Positions 51,600 through 64,000 of a DNA stretch of 64,000 nt are shown here, one piece after another. The stretch covers positions 59,675,977 to 59,739,976 of the forward strand of contig NC_068984.1 of NCBI RefSeq assembly GCF_001194135.2. Direction: 5' to 3'. Source of the DNA: Octopus bimaculoides. Lineage: Eukaryota. Made by a program: the position numbers and the translations under genes. The notes beneath the pieces were generated by a model, which saw only the letters and a list, made by a program, of their open reading frames with translations, was not told the origin of the DNA and did not search any database. Each line of letters starts with the position of its first letter. Positions within the stretch are counted from its first letter, which is position 1.

Positions 51600-52420
51600 C
51601 ACCATGACAACAAAGAGAAATAAATACACTTTAGAAATAATCGCGCGCGCGCGCACGCTTATATCCACGCGACAGAGGAGGAGATAAGGTGAGTGCAGCA
51701 GCTGGTTATGTTTTATTAATGGAATGTTGCTTCTTCCTTCCTTCCCTTCTTTCCTTTTCTCTGTCTCACTGCAACCTCTGAGAATCACCAACAGTAACAT
51801 TAATCATCACCACTATCAGAAACAACAGTAACAACAACAACAATCGTTGCCACCACCGTCGTCGGTTTCTCTTTGCGTTATGAAGAAATATATTCATAGG
51901 CTCTTTGGGGGAAGACAGTTGTAAACAGGCACCGAAGGAGGAGAAAGAAGGGAGGGGGGAAGAAGGAGGAAGGAAGGAAGAAAGAAAGTAGTTCAGATGC
52001 TTCACACTGCATCACTGACAAACAAATACGAGATGCATGGCACAAAACAAAACAAAAAAAAAAAAGAATCAGCCTAGAAAAACAACACAGAAAGGAAAAA
52101 AAAAAGGCAGCAACAGTAGATTTAGCTTTGCTGCTGCTACTACTGTTGCTTAGTAGTAATTCGGATATTTTTTTTTCATCTTGAGGTAGATGAGTGATAG
52201 AGGGGGAGGGGGGAAGAAAAAGAAAGAGAGATCAATACATTTACTAAGAATGGAATACAGAGATTCGTAATGATCCTGATACACCCTTCTCCTTCTCTTT
52301 TTTCTTTCTTTCCCCCTACCCCTTGTTTTTATTTTGTATCTTAGTCTCCTCCCTTCCTTTCTTATTCAAAAGGCTTATATTCTTTATTATATTTCACTCT
52401 GCTTCATTGCTTTTTATCTC
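51600..52420. promoter_or_regulatory. CpG-enriched, low-complexity region resembling a promoter / 5' UTR
   Basis: (CG)n run at 51642-51658 and many CpGs outside any recognisable TE, in a CpG-depleted window. Donor AAG|GTGAGT at 51689, a pyrimidine tract and CAG at 51794, and purine-rich tracts. Confidence 0.4.
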
Positions 52421-52514
52421 ATCGTTACATATAAAAAAAAACAACAAAAAGACAACCCAACCATAAGCATAAAAAAAAGATGACAAGAACCACCATCACC
52501 ACCACCATACCTGG

Positions 52515-52561
<47 letters not shown>

Positions 52562-52959
52562 CAGATACAATAAAAAAAAAAACCCATATATCAGAGATTC
52601 TAGATTTAATAAATACCAGAGAGAAGAAGAGAGGGCAGATATTGTTTTTGATGTTTATAATCAAAAAAGGTCTTTTTTGTAACAGATTTGGAGGGGAGAG
52701 GGAAAGAGAGAGGGAAGGAAGGAAAGAAGGAAGGAAGGAAGGAAAAGTAAATAGCAGAGTGAAATCAATAGTTCTTTAAAACCTGTCCACTGGCATTCCA
52801 GCTCATCCTATTACAGAGCTAACTGGTCAGCTGAGATAAATTTACACTTTACCAATAGAGAGACCATACAAGTGTCTCTCGAGGAAATAACAAATACCAT
52901 CATTTTCAATACCAGTGATGTGGCTCTTATTGAATTTCTGACACTATTATTAATTCAAA

Positions 52960-53086
52960 AGGTGTGTGTGTGTGAATGTGTGTGTGTGAATGTGTGTGTG
53001 TGTGTGTGTATACACACACACATATATATACATACATACACACACATATATACATACATACATATACACACACATGCACATACATA

Positions 53087-53130
<44 letters not shown>

Positions 53131-53330
53131 TACATATATATATAAATACACACACACACATATATATATACACATATATATATACACACACATATATATA
53201 TACACACATATATATACATACACACATATACATACACACATCTATACACACACACATATACACAGCCACATATACATATTTATATTCATACATATACATT
53301 TGCAACCTACACAAACACAAATACACAAGT
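52960..53330. repeat. Long compound (TG)/(CA)/(TA)n microsatellite
   Basis: Directly visible; it is the source of the many overlapping spurious ORFs at 52.9-53.4 kb. Confidence 0.95.
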
Positions 53331-53466
53331 AGACAAATATACAAACAACAGGTGCAGGCATGGCTGTATGGTAAGAAGTTTGCACCTTGGGAAAGTGTCT
53401 TCTAAACCTTGGGCCAACCAAATCACTGAGTAGTTTTAGTAGAGGCAAACTGAAGGAAACTAATGC

Positions 53467-53503
<37 letters not shown>

Positions 53504-53513
53504 NNNNNNNNNN

Positions 53514-53552
<39 letters not shown>

Positions 53553-53995
53553 CAGATGTCTGTGTATTTGCATGTCTGTGGATAATGCCAATGAGGGAGT
53601 GAGAGGGGAGAGAAAGAAAGAGACAAGCAAAGTGAGGAAGTGTCTCTTCACTTCTCGTCCTTGTCAATGTTTTTCGATAGAGGGAGAAATGTAAATAGTG
53701 TGAGTTAGAAAGAGAGAGAGAGAGAGAGTGAAAGAAGCAGACAGAGATTAAAAGAGAGGAACTATTACAGGGGGTGAGAGAGAAAATGTGTGAGTGAGAG
53801 AAACACAGAATGAGAAAAAGACAGAGAAAGAAACAGAGAGAGAAAATAAGTTTCTATAGAAGTTGAAAGAGAGGGGAATAGTGGGAGAGGGAGATGCTGA
53901 TGTTTGATATTGTATGTTATGTTCTATAGGTGAATGTGAAAGATGGCACAAACAGAGGGGGAAACCAGGAGAGAAAGAGACACTGATGTTTGATG

Positions 53996-54057
<62 letters not shown>

Positions 54058-54177
54058 TGCATGTGGCATTCTACAGTTACCATTTATTTCAATCACACTT
54101 GTGAAGATATTCACATAACTTTCGCTTATTTTTCCATTTAAGTCCCATTTTAATTTTCTAAACAGTTTCCTAGTAAA

Positions 54178-55396
54178 ATGTTCACACTCTCTACAAGAGG
54201 AGACGGGGTAGATGTGGCTGATCAGTATTCTACAGTGAAGCAACAAAGATGAGTACAGGTGGCCAGAGTAAGATCACTAGAGACCCCTGCACAACGACAG
54301 CAAAGACATGAAAATGACTAAAGGAGAGCTGCTGCATGTAGGGCCAATGAGTCACAAGAGGCACAGGAAAAACAGAACAATTATGTCAGCAAAATTCCAA
54401 GAGTCAAAAAAGGAAAGAGAAAATGTTTAAAGGACGCAAAGACAAAAACAAGCTGCCAGAGTTGCCAATGAGACAATAGGTCGGTAAGAGATTAGACAGA
54501 AAACCCCAGAGGAACAAGATCTGATGAAATAAAAGCATGTATTGTCTTCACACTTATGGAATAAAGTGCATAAATTCTCCTTCAATACTAGCATGTGAGC
54601 TTTATTACATGGGGACCAATGTGTAAAACAGTTTTCAACCTGGTTTCTCCACTTAAGAAATGGCAAAGTACCATTTGATGGGAATGGTTATATCAATTTG
54701 GCTCATATTGCTATCATGGTGAATTCCCCAGCTGAATTGAAGAACAGGATATTTCCAGACTTACGTAATAATTATAATTCACATAAATGGTTGTGTGAAA
54801 GGGCAATTCTTGATCCAAAAAATGAGACAGTAGCAAGGATTAACCATGAATTAACAAATAAGATTCCAACAGTCATTAAGGAGTACAAATCAATTGATTC
54901 AGTCCTTGGTGAAAATCAAGCTGTCCATTACTCAACAGAGTTCCTAAATTCTCTTGAGCCACCTGGAACTCCTCAACATAAACTTTTTCTGAAGTAGGAA
55001 TCTCAATAATGCTTCTAAGAAATGTAGATCCTCCTAAATTATGCAATGGGACAAGGTTGATTGTGAAGACATTATCACCTAATGTAATAGAAGCTACCAT
55101 CATCACTGGATGCGCCTCTGGGGAAGAGGTTTTCATTCCAAAAATTCCAATCACACCAACAGACGTGCCATTTGAATTCAAACAAACACAATTCCCAGTG
55201 TGACTTTGCTTCGCAATGTCTATTAATAAACCTCAAGGTCAGACTTTGAAATCTAGTGGCTTGCAATTAATTGAGCCTTATTTTCTCATGGTCAACTTAT
55301 GTTGGTTGCTCCAGGGTTAGTAGTTTGCAAGACTTATTTGTCTATGCTCCAAACCAGGAAACAAAGAATGTTGTTTAGCCAGAAGCTCTTACATAA
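54178..55396 (+). mobile_element. Internally deleted, decayed Helitron: N-terminal charged repeat region joined directly to the C-terminal Pif1-like helicase half
   Basis: From ATG 54178 the frame reads ...RVRSLETPAQRQQRHEND*RRAAACRANESQEAQ, resembling RepHel N-terminal repeats. From ~54505 it reads PRGTRSDEIKAC, WLCERAILDPKNETV, EFLNSLEPPGTPQHKL, MLLRNVDPPKLCNGTRLIV, EFKQTQFPV*LCFAMSINKPQGQTL, FSHGQL, and ends KNVV*PEALT* at 55396. Multiple stops and frameshifts. Confidence 0.92.
54505..55396 (+). pseudogene. Pif1-family SF1 helicase C-terminal pseudogene of the Helitron
   Basis: Supplied ORFs 54698-54997 and 55009-55203 carry the hallmark Helitron helicase motifs LLRN-x-PPKLCNGTRL and QFPV-x-L-x-FAMSINK-x-QGQTL, interrupted by stop codons. 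Confidence 0.92.
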
Positions 55397-55679
55397 TTTC
55401 CTTCAACATATGTGATAAAATTTATCTCTCTTCATAAAAGTGGTAAATTTCGTATTTTCGTTTATTATTATCATTTTTTTTTTTGTATTATGAATTCAGA
55501 ATTTATTTCATCATGTATCCCAATTGAAGAATAAATTGAATTTAGAATAACAAATTTCTATACAACATATTTTGCTTTTGTCTTCTAATATTTAAGGAAC
55601 AATTTCATTCCTGGGCAATGCCAGGTGTTTCTGCCAGTTGTTTATATGTAATATATATATATAGCTATGTGTATGCATC

Positions 55680-55892
55680 TTTGTGTTTATCTCCCACTGC
55701 TGCTTGACAACTGGTGTTGGTGTGTTTATTCCCCAGTAATTTAGTAGTTTGGCAAAAGAGATCAATATAAAAAGTATCAGGCTGAAAAAACAAATGTATT
55801 GTGGCTGATTAATTTGACTAAAACTCTTCAAGGCAGTGCCTCAAATGACTGAAACAAGTAAAAAATAATACATATGTACATATATACACACC

Positions 55893-55954
<62 letters not shown>

Positions 55955-56255
55955 NNNNNNNNNNNNNNNNNNNNNNNNNNNNNNNNNNNNNNNNNNNNNN
56001 NNNNNNNNNNNNNNNNNNNNNNNNNNNNNNNNNNNNNNNNNNNNNNNNNNNNNNNNNNNNNNNNNNNNNNNNNNNNNNNNNNNNNNNNNNNNNNNNNNNN
56101 NNNNTATATTCACACAATAGGTCTCTCTCAGTTTCCATCTACCAAATTCACTCACAAAGCTTAGTATATAAGTAGAAGACATTAGCCCAAGATGCCACAC
56201 AGTGGAACTGAACCTAGAACCATGTGTTAAGGAAGCAAACTTCTTATCACACTTT
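55680..56255. mobile_element. Family A 3' half (+, 55680-55865) and 5' half (-, 56117-56255) flanking (TG)n and an N gap
   Basis: Same diagnostic motifs as the other family A copies. Confidence 0.7.
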
Positions 56256-56274
56256 GGACATATGACACATCATG

Positions 56275-56476
56275 AATCAGTGCCCAAGACCACCCTGACA
56301 GGAAGTGTGGAAAGGAAGAGAGCAAGAGATGTCAAAAGACGTTTGTAGACTAACATCAAAGAATGAATTGGAAACAAGAGTTTGGCCAGTTGTATGCATA
56401 CAGCACAATAGAGACTTGGAGAGTTCTGGCAAGCCAACCTCTGGACACAGGGTGAACACTTGGCTGATGATGACAT
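56275..56476 (+). mobile_element. RTE-clade LINE extreme 3' end
   Basis: KTTLTGSVERKRARDVKRRL*TNIKE*IG (compare RTE KTILQGxVEGKRxRGRQRKRWxDNIKEWTG), ending in a short GATGATGAC tail. Confidence 0.7.
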
Positions 56477-58320
56477 ACACACACCCACAGATATATGTAC
56501 ATACACATGCATATATAAGAGAAAACTGAGATGAGAGAAATAACTCAGAGTAGCCAGTGGCATGAATATCGACAACAGAGATAAGTAATGGAATATCAAA
56601 CACCATATAAAAATCAATTCATGATTTTAATGAAATTATCTTCCTTTTGAGAAAGGAAGAAGCAAATGTGTTGTGGTAATTGCAAGCAACTCCAAATGAA
56701 AAGGGGAGATAATAACAAGCATCAAGAAGTTTCTGAAATTGACATACCATTCAGTAAAAGCTTGATTGGTTTCTGTCTCCATAGGTATCGTCAGTACAGT
56801 GCAGAGAGTCTATGATGTATTGTGCAAGCCTTATTGAACTTAAACATCTCTGCAGGATTTCTGGCTTGTTAAGATTTTTTTTTTAGAGTCCTGAATCAAT
56901 GAGAAGATGGTAATGTGTGTAACCTGAGGAGAGCTGCTGAGGCAGAAACAGAGGCACACATTCACCAAACACAACCCAAGTTTATTTTGCTTTTTATCCT
57001 CTTCAGATCCATAAAATAAGTACAATTGTCAATGTAATCAACTATACAATAGGTGGTGCTCCAGCAAGACCACACACATTGCTATGATTGAAACCAATAA
57101 AAGCTAAATAGCTGAAACAAAGTCAAGGATGTTGTTTGCTAGGAGATTATTCCTACTTTATGACAGTGATTTCTTAGATTAAGTACAAGGCCTAATTTTT
57201 GTAAAGGAAATGTGTTGTGTGTGTTGGAAGAGGAGGGTGGTTGGATATATGATCGACTGAATCAAATACCAGAATTCACTATTCTTTATTTTATGGATCT
57301 AAATAGTTGAAAAGCATAGTCAACTGACACCAAGGAAGGGGATGGGGAGAGATTTTTAACTCAAAATATTGCAACATTGAAACAAGATGCCAATATTTAT
57401 CATCATCATCATCAATTTTTAATTCTTCACTGTTCTAAATCTAAGTGTGTGTGTGTTTATGTGTACAGATGTATATATACATACATACTACACATATATA
57501 TGCAGATACACACACACATATACATACATATATATATAATACACACACACACACACAAATATATGCAGATATACTTTTATGTTTCAGCTCTAAAGCTGTG
57601 GCTATGCTGGGGTGTATATATATATATATATATATAGTATTAATAAAATAAGAGATGGAATGTGTATTATATATACATACATACATATATATGCGTATAT
57701 TTATGTATATACATATATATATATTTACAATTAATGAAAACACTATTGGTTTAGCACATATATTAAATATTGATTAATCATCATGAATGTCCTCCTTCCT
57801 CCAAAGGAATACATTTTTAAAATGTCTATCATTCAGAATACATGGGTATTTCTTTGGGGTTTTTTTCTTTCTTTTTTTATTGCTATTTCTATCTATATAT
57901 TTTCAAATCAAAAAATATAAACGCTGAATAAATAAAAATAAACAAACCAAAATACTAAATTATGAAATCTTTGAACTTCAAAATGAAATAAAAAAATAAT
58001 CAATTCATACGTTTCTCTTTACTGAATCAGAACATGATTTTTGTATCAGCAAGCTTCGAATTTTTAGCCTTTTCCACACTGTGCAGTTCATATCACTCAT
58101 CAATTGGATAAATGTTTTATCAATATCACATGCTTATGAAATGAAATTATAGCAACAAATCAATAAAGAAGCTTCTACATCGTGACATTACTTGCCAGAA
58201 AAAGCAGTCTAATCTCCTTCAAATCACAATCTATTGTCTTAAAAAAAAAGAAGGTAAGACTTATTTATTGTGCATGTTCATTCACTGTAACCTTGAAGTT
58301 CAACATAGTATAGAACACTA

Positions 58321-58672
58321 CATCATTATTATCATCAGTTTAATGTCCACTTTCCATGCTTGCATGGGTTGGACAGAGTGTATTTACACGCACACACACA
58401 CACACATAGTAGTCGTGGTTGTTGCCAGTTCCATGTAAATGGCACCCACCCATGAATCATAGTTGTGGTTGTTGCTGGTGTCATGTAAATGGCACCTGTG
58501 CCAGGGGTATGTAAAAGCACCCATTACACTCCTGGAGTGGTTGGCATTAGGAATGGCATCAGCTGTAGAAACCATGCCAAATCAGACTGGAACCTGGTGC
58601 AGCTCTGCAGCTCCAGTCAAGCTGTCTAACCCATGCCAGCATGGAGAGTAGATGTTAAATGATGATGATGAT
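58321..58672. mobile_element. Two family C ends in opposite orientation: a short (-) tail at 58321-58376 and a (+) copy at 58470-58672
   Basis: The left CATCAT...GTCCACTTTCCATGCTTGCATGGGTTGGACAG is the reverse complement of the right CTGTCTAACCCATGCCAGCATGGAGAGTAGATGTTAAATGATGATG. Confidence 0.8.
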
Positions 58673-60027
58673 TATACACACACACACACACACTTCTTTC
58701 AGTTTCTGTCAACTAAATATACCCAAGGGGCTTTGGGGCTGTAGTAGAAAATACTTAATCAAAGTGCCATGCAGTGGGACTGAACTCAGAACCATGTGGT
58801 TGGGAAGCTAACTTCTTATTACATAGCCATACCTGCTCCAGCATAATTGAGATCTGTCTATGATTTCTGCGTGGGAGGAGATTTTAACATCTGGATGCAT
58901 TTCAACAGCATGTTGCAGTATCAAGTTGACTATATAAGTGAACAGGGTAACAGATACCAGATATGATGCATCCTTGGAGTATATCATTACATAATTCAAA
59001 GAAACCAATCTCTTCATTGCAAGTTCTGACATTGGTGTGAGTGCATCTCTACAGATAAATGTCAGAAATACATGTCATGTCTTTACATGTTCCAAACAAC
59101 AAGAAAGTAATCACCTTGAACACCAAACACTTTGAAAAGAATAAATAATATTTTGTTTCTTAGAAACTCCTTTCTACCAGGATCTGATCAACCAGATCAG
59201 GACTACATTGAGCACCAATGTTCAGCACTTGTGAGGTCACCAACTAACTCACAAGACAAATCCCCTAGAATGTGTGGAGCTGCAGTATTGAGAGAGGTGG
59301 CTTCATGCTAAGTGTTGAGAGGCTTAAGAATGACAGAGGGATGGGAGAAGATTCATTGCTGTGAAGAAGATACATGGCTAAGCCAGTTGGAAAGAGGGAA
59401 AGGATGTCAAAGATAAGGTGTCAGAACATATCCTTAAGGTACAAGATGGTGGATAAAGAGAGAGGATAGGGAAAAAAATTAAGGACAGTTGGGCGACCTG
59501 GTTTACAAGAGTGTGAAAGGAAAGCGATGCAATGAATGGTGAACATGAGGAGAGGCATGGTCAATGGTAAATCTCAGTTTCGAGGTGAAGCTAAAAGAAA
59601 ATAGAAGTGGATCAAAGAAGAGGATATGATAGGTGGCAATACATAAAGGGAAAAAGTGGAGAGCAACAGAATAATAAAATCACAGCTAGATGAGAAATAA
59701 GAAGAGTGTGTGCAGTGTGAATGGGCAGAGGGAAGAGGGATACACAATGACAAAGGCAGATGTCTGAGGTATATATGGGTAGCATTTCAGTTTCCATCTA
59801 CCAAATTTTACTCACACAGCTTTATTGTCAACACATTTATCCCAAAAACTGCACAGTGTGATCAAATCAAAGATTATATAATTATATAGTTACAAAGTGA
59901 ACATTTTAAGTAGACAGCCATTTCTACATCCAGATATACAAGAAAAGAAAAATGGAAATGGATTTAAATTTAATGCTGCATATAAGAATAACATTGTTAA
60001 CCAAGATATAACATCAAAGCAATATAC

Positions 60028-60063
<36 letters not shown>

Positions 60064-60125
60064 AGCGAGTGGTGGTAAATTAAATTTCTAAAATTNNNNN
60101 NNNNNCTGCCCTATGATTAATAATG

Positions 60126-60168
<43 letters not shown>

Positions 60169-62842
60169 TCCCCACCCTCACTTACACGTACATGTGCCAC
60201 ATGCATGGGGTAAAGAATTCTCTTGAAGATAAATAAAATCAGGACTGTTTCAGAAGAAACCAGATACGCTGTTATTGCCACATATAAATTATATAAGCAT
60301 ATAAATTTTACCTGACTTGCTTACTGATGAAAGCATAAAGGGGGTTTGTATAACTTCATTTTACTCACAAGCACAAAACCCCACAGTGTTTCTTTACACA
60401 CACACATCTACATATTATATACATACACACAACTGAGTTTTATGAAGCTATTATGAAACAAGTGAATTAGTAGAATTAGCTGAGCATTGGACAAAATGAC
60501 TAACTCTATTTACTTATGTACTTTTCCAATCTGAGTTCAAATCCTGCCAGGTTTAATGTTACCTTTCACGGTTTGGGAGTCAATAAAGTAAGCCACAACA
60601 CCAAACTGGGTGCAGCTGTAACTACCCAATCAATGCAGCAATTATTTTTGTCTTACCACTAACTGAGGGTATTCTTCATTCTCAGCTTTGGTCTATTCCT
60701 CATATGCATCTGCCATATCCATGTGTACGTATGTGCTTACATGTTTGTGTGCATGTATGTATCTCTTGTTTGGTGTTGGGATGAGGCCTTGTATATACTT
60801 AAAATCATCATAAATTTATAATATGACATAAAATCTTAGTTGAGATATTTTGAAATATAAAAAATGTCTCGTTTTACTAGTTTCTTTTTAATGCTAAAAG
60901 AAAGAATACAGAACAGGAGAGAAAACACCCTCTTGGGCAAGCTTGGTAGAAAGAACCCTGTTTGCTGGGATGCTCTCACTGCATTCACCTGCAGCTTCTT
61001 TCTTGCTTCTCTCTCACTGTTCTCTCTTCATGACCTCTCCATCTAGAATGCTCATGCAGCTGTCTTCCTCTGCTCTCCTCCTACCTCTATGGTCTTCTTC
61101 TCCTCATTCTACTTTCTTGTCTCACCAGCCTTTCTTTCTCTTACCACTTTCATACTCATCACTGCCCCCCCCCCCCCTTACACCTCTTTCACTGTTATCT
61201 TTGCACAGTCTCCTTACCCAAGATGCTTTTTTCTGCTTTCCAAGCACTCTCACTCCTTATTTCAATATCTGCCAGCTTCTCTTTCTCCCACTTTAACCTC
61301 TTCACAGCCTCCCTGTCTGGGATGCTTTCTCTGCTCTCCTCCCTCCCACCAACTTCTATGGTACCCTCCAACTACACTCTCCATCACCCTTCTTGCTGCA
61401 TCCACCTACCGTTCCCTCACCCTCCATACATCTCCTTTCCATTGCTGTACTCTACTCTCCACACAGCTTCTCCACCTCCTTAACACCTTCTCATCTCTTC
61501 TTCTCTGGCCTACACCCACAATACTTCAAACCTCCTTCACTTCTTAACCTGGCCAACCACCATGCCCCCACCCCCTGCCCTCAATTAGCCCTGTTTGGAT
61601 TCCTAACCCTACTCACCTTGTCTATCGTTCATGTTCTTTCTCCCACTCCCTTACATCTTAGACCCTTACATTTATAATATGAGATAGCATTGAATCTCCC
61701 AACACAACTCATCTCATAACCCTTACCACTGTTCCCCATCCCCACTTCATTAATATTTGACACTAATCTCTTCTTCCCTTCTCCTGGCCCTTATTCTCTC
61801 TTCCTAAAGCATAAACACTCTCCACAACCACATTCTCATAACTATAAATCTGCTTCTTTCATCGTATTACACTGAAATTAAATGAGAGCTATTATAAAAC
61901 ATGAATCCAAGAAAAGAAAAAAAAATGCACACAGAACCCCATGGGACTCAAACCACATATATCATAATCCAGATGACAATGCCAACCTTTGCACCAACAT
62001 GACCAGGCAAACTTTCTCCACTCAAATTTGTATAAAGCATCAGTCATCAGCTAGGCTGTTTGTATCTCTCTTGCCTACCACACAAGGTCTTTGGTATTTT
62101 GTAGCACTTAACCTTAGGCTACACAAAAATCTTTCATGTTATAATTTTTATTCATCATTTAACATAGTTTACATATCTGAAATTCTTAATGTCATTATGA
62201 TTTTGAAAGGACCTACAGCATACTTACATCAGTAGCATATAATAAAGAATGAAACCTTTCTGAAACTATAATCTAAAGAACAGCTTTTTGAGTTCTTTAG
62301 TAGGTAGACTGTAAGGAAGTAACTAAACAAACAACAAAAGAGTCATCTAGTTACAACAGAAGTTGGCTACCTAATATGATTTTGCTTTCTAACAGAAGCT
62401 ACATAAGCATTATGCTGCTGTTTTAATTTTGGAGCAATCTCAATGAAACCCTAGAGAAATAAGGTTTTGCTTGGGTCTAGTTGTTTTCTCGAGCTATGAA
62501 ATATGAGTAGCATACCAGAGCAGAAGGGAATCCTAAGGGGGTGAATAGAGAAAGTGCAGGCTCTTGCTTTTAAAAATAACAGAAATAAGCCAAATTTAAA
62601 AGCAAAAGTTTATTTGTGCAGTAATTTAAAATACTGGATTTAGTTTATCAGAATAATAAAATATAAATTATTTTCAACTCAATTCTACATTCTTCTTCTT
62701 ATTTTCAGATTTTATATTATTATTTATTAATGATTTCTTACAAGGACAGAAAGAAAAATCTCTAAGTTTGCAGGCTACAATCAGTACAGTGAATCTCAGG
62801 GTGCTAGAGTTGCAGTAACAGTTGAATGCCAGACAAAAATGT

Positions 62843-63070
62843 TTAAGGCAGCAAGCTGGCAGAAATGTTAGCATGCCGGGCGAAATGTATAGCGGTATTT
62901 CGTCTGGTGTTACGTTCTGAGTTCAAATTCCACCGAGGCCGACTTTGCCTTTCATCGTCGATAAATTAAGTACCAGTTATGCACTGGAGTCGATGTAATC
63001 GACTTAATCCCTTTGTCTGTCCTTGTTTGTCCCCTCTGTGTTTATTTAGCCCCTTGTGGGCAATAAAGAA
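62843..63070 (+). mobile_element. Young tRNA-derived SINE (family B here)
   Basis: AAGGCAGCAAGCTGGCAGAAATGTTAGCATGCCGGGCGAAATG...TTCTGAGTTCAAATTCCACCGAGGCCGACTTTGCCTTTCATCGTCGATAAATTAAGTACCAG. CpG-rich, with many diverged copies elsewhere in the window. Confidence 0.85.
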
Positions 63071-64000
63071 ATAATTAAAAATATGTTTTATATTTAGTTT
63101 TATAATTTTATATTTTGAGTTTAAATCTCAACAAGATCAACTTTGCATTTCATTTCCTTGACATTAATAAAAAAATGTACAATATACTGTGTGCAATTTA
63201 ATTGATTACACACCTCCCTTGAAAATTTGTGGTCCTGTACCAATATAAGACATTCTTATGAATTTAAATTATTGACATACGGTTAAAATGCTGATGGTTC
63301 ATAATCTACCAAAATCCACTCATAATCTACAATAACCCAGCGCTATTAATAGAAGACACTCGCTCAAGGTGTCACACAGTGGGGCTGAACCTGAGATCAA
63401 CCAAAAAAAGAATCAATCAAAAGCAGATGCAATTGAAAACCACTTCTTTTTTGAAGAATAGATAGCACAGAACTAAGAATTTGACTAAAGGGAATCACAC
63501 CAACTTACAACAAATGTCACACCTTTAACCCCTTTTGCTATATTAGAGCATAATTAACATGAAATTTTGATGAAAGGTTTTAATTTAGATCACTAACGGG
63601 ATGCATTCTCAGGTGGATTGATAAACCAATCTTTGGTTAACAAACTAAAAATCATACAAACACAAACACTCTCTCTCTCTCCCTCTCTCTTTCAATCTCT
63701 TTCTCTCTCTTTCTCTAAACATAATACTGTGACTATTAAAACTTTGATACTGCGGCTGTTCTGTTAAAATTTACTCTAAGAGCTAATACCAGTTTTATTT
63801 TGTAATTTGCCAGGTCACACACAACCTTCAAGTTTTAATGTGGTGTCATCTGAAGGTGAACTTAGGGTGATATCTTGCACATCTAAAGATAAGTGATGTT
63901 AACAGGACAACATTGTTGAATTAATTAAATGTTGGGGCAGACTTTCATGCAGAGAATGTAGGTTTAAAACTAGGTGCTTAGGATGCTGTTTATATTGTTG

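Larger units (their letters stand above)
41735..60105. other. Assembly gaps (N runs) at 41735-41783, 45320-45527, 48246-48321, 53504-53513, 55955-56104 and 60096-60105
   Basis: N runs, most flanked directly by microsatellites. Confidence 0.98.

Noticed and set aside
52167-52180. TGAGGTAG resembling the start of let-7
   Set aside because: Only the first 8 nt match and there is no precursor hairpin.
52872-53694. Many long overlapping ORFs, up to 177 aa
   Set aside because: They are translations of (TG)/(CA)/(TA) microsatellite and N gaps. The same applies to most HTHT, CVCV and YIYI ORFs in the track.

Overview
This is AT-rich eukaryotic DNA dense in microsatellites and SINEs, with six N-gaps typical of a short-read scaffold. 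The repeat families match my recollection of octopus (coleoid cephalopod) genomes; that is an inference, not a database result. No prokaryotic features, CRISPR arrays, rRNA genes or intact tRNA genes are present. Nearly all ORFs in the supplied track are translations of microsatellites or SINEs. Recognisable protein-coding relics are all dead transposons: an internally deleted Helitron (54.2-55.4 kb), a 5'-truncated R4/Dong-type non-LTR element with a restriction-like endonuclease (18.4-19.7 kb) and two RTE-clade LINE fragments. Non-coding elements include a piggyBac-type TTAA MITE and at least five SINE-like families. The most interesting signal is a set of four unrelated short Penelope-like elements, each carrying a minimal type I hammerhead-ribozyme fold with a different catalytic core: a compensated G3-C8 swap (25.0 kb), a canonical core (28.7 kb), an A6U variant (35.4 kb) and a decayed U6 variant (48.4 kb). 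Three of the four also have fold-back palindromic ends, and three sit next to or inside microsatellites. Scattered splice-signal-bounded candidate exons on both strands and a CpG-enriched 5'-like region at 51.6-52.4 kb suggest the window lies within or between long-intron genes, but I could not name any host protein. Coordinates of decayed repeats are approximate and all identities are estimated by eye.
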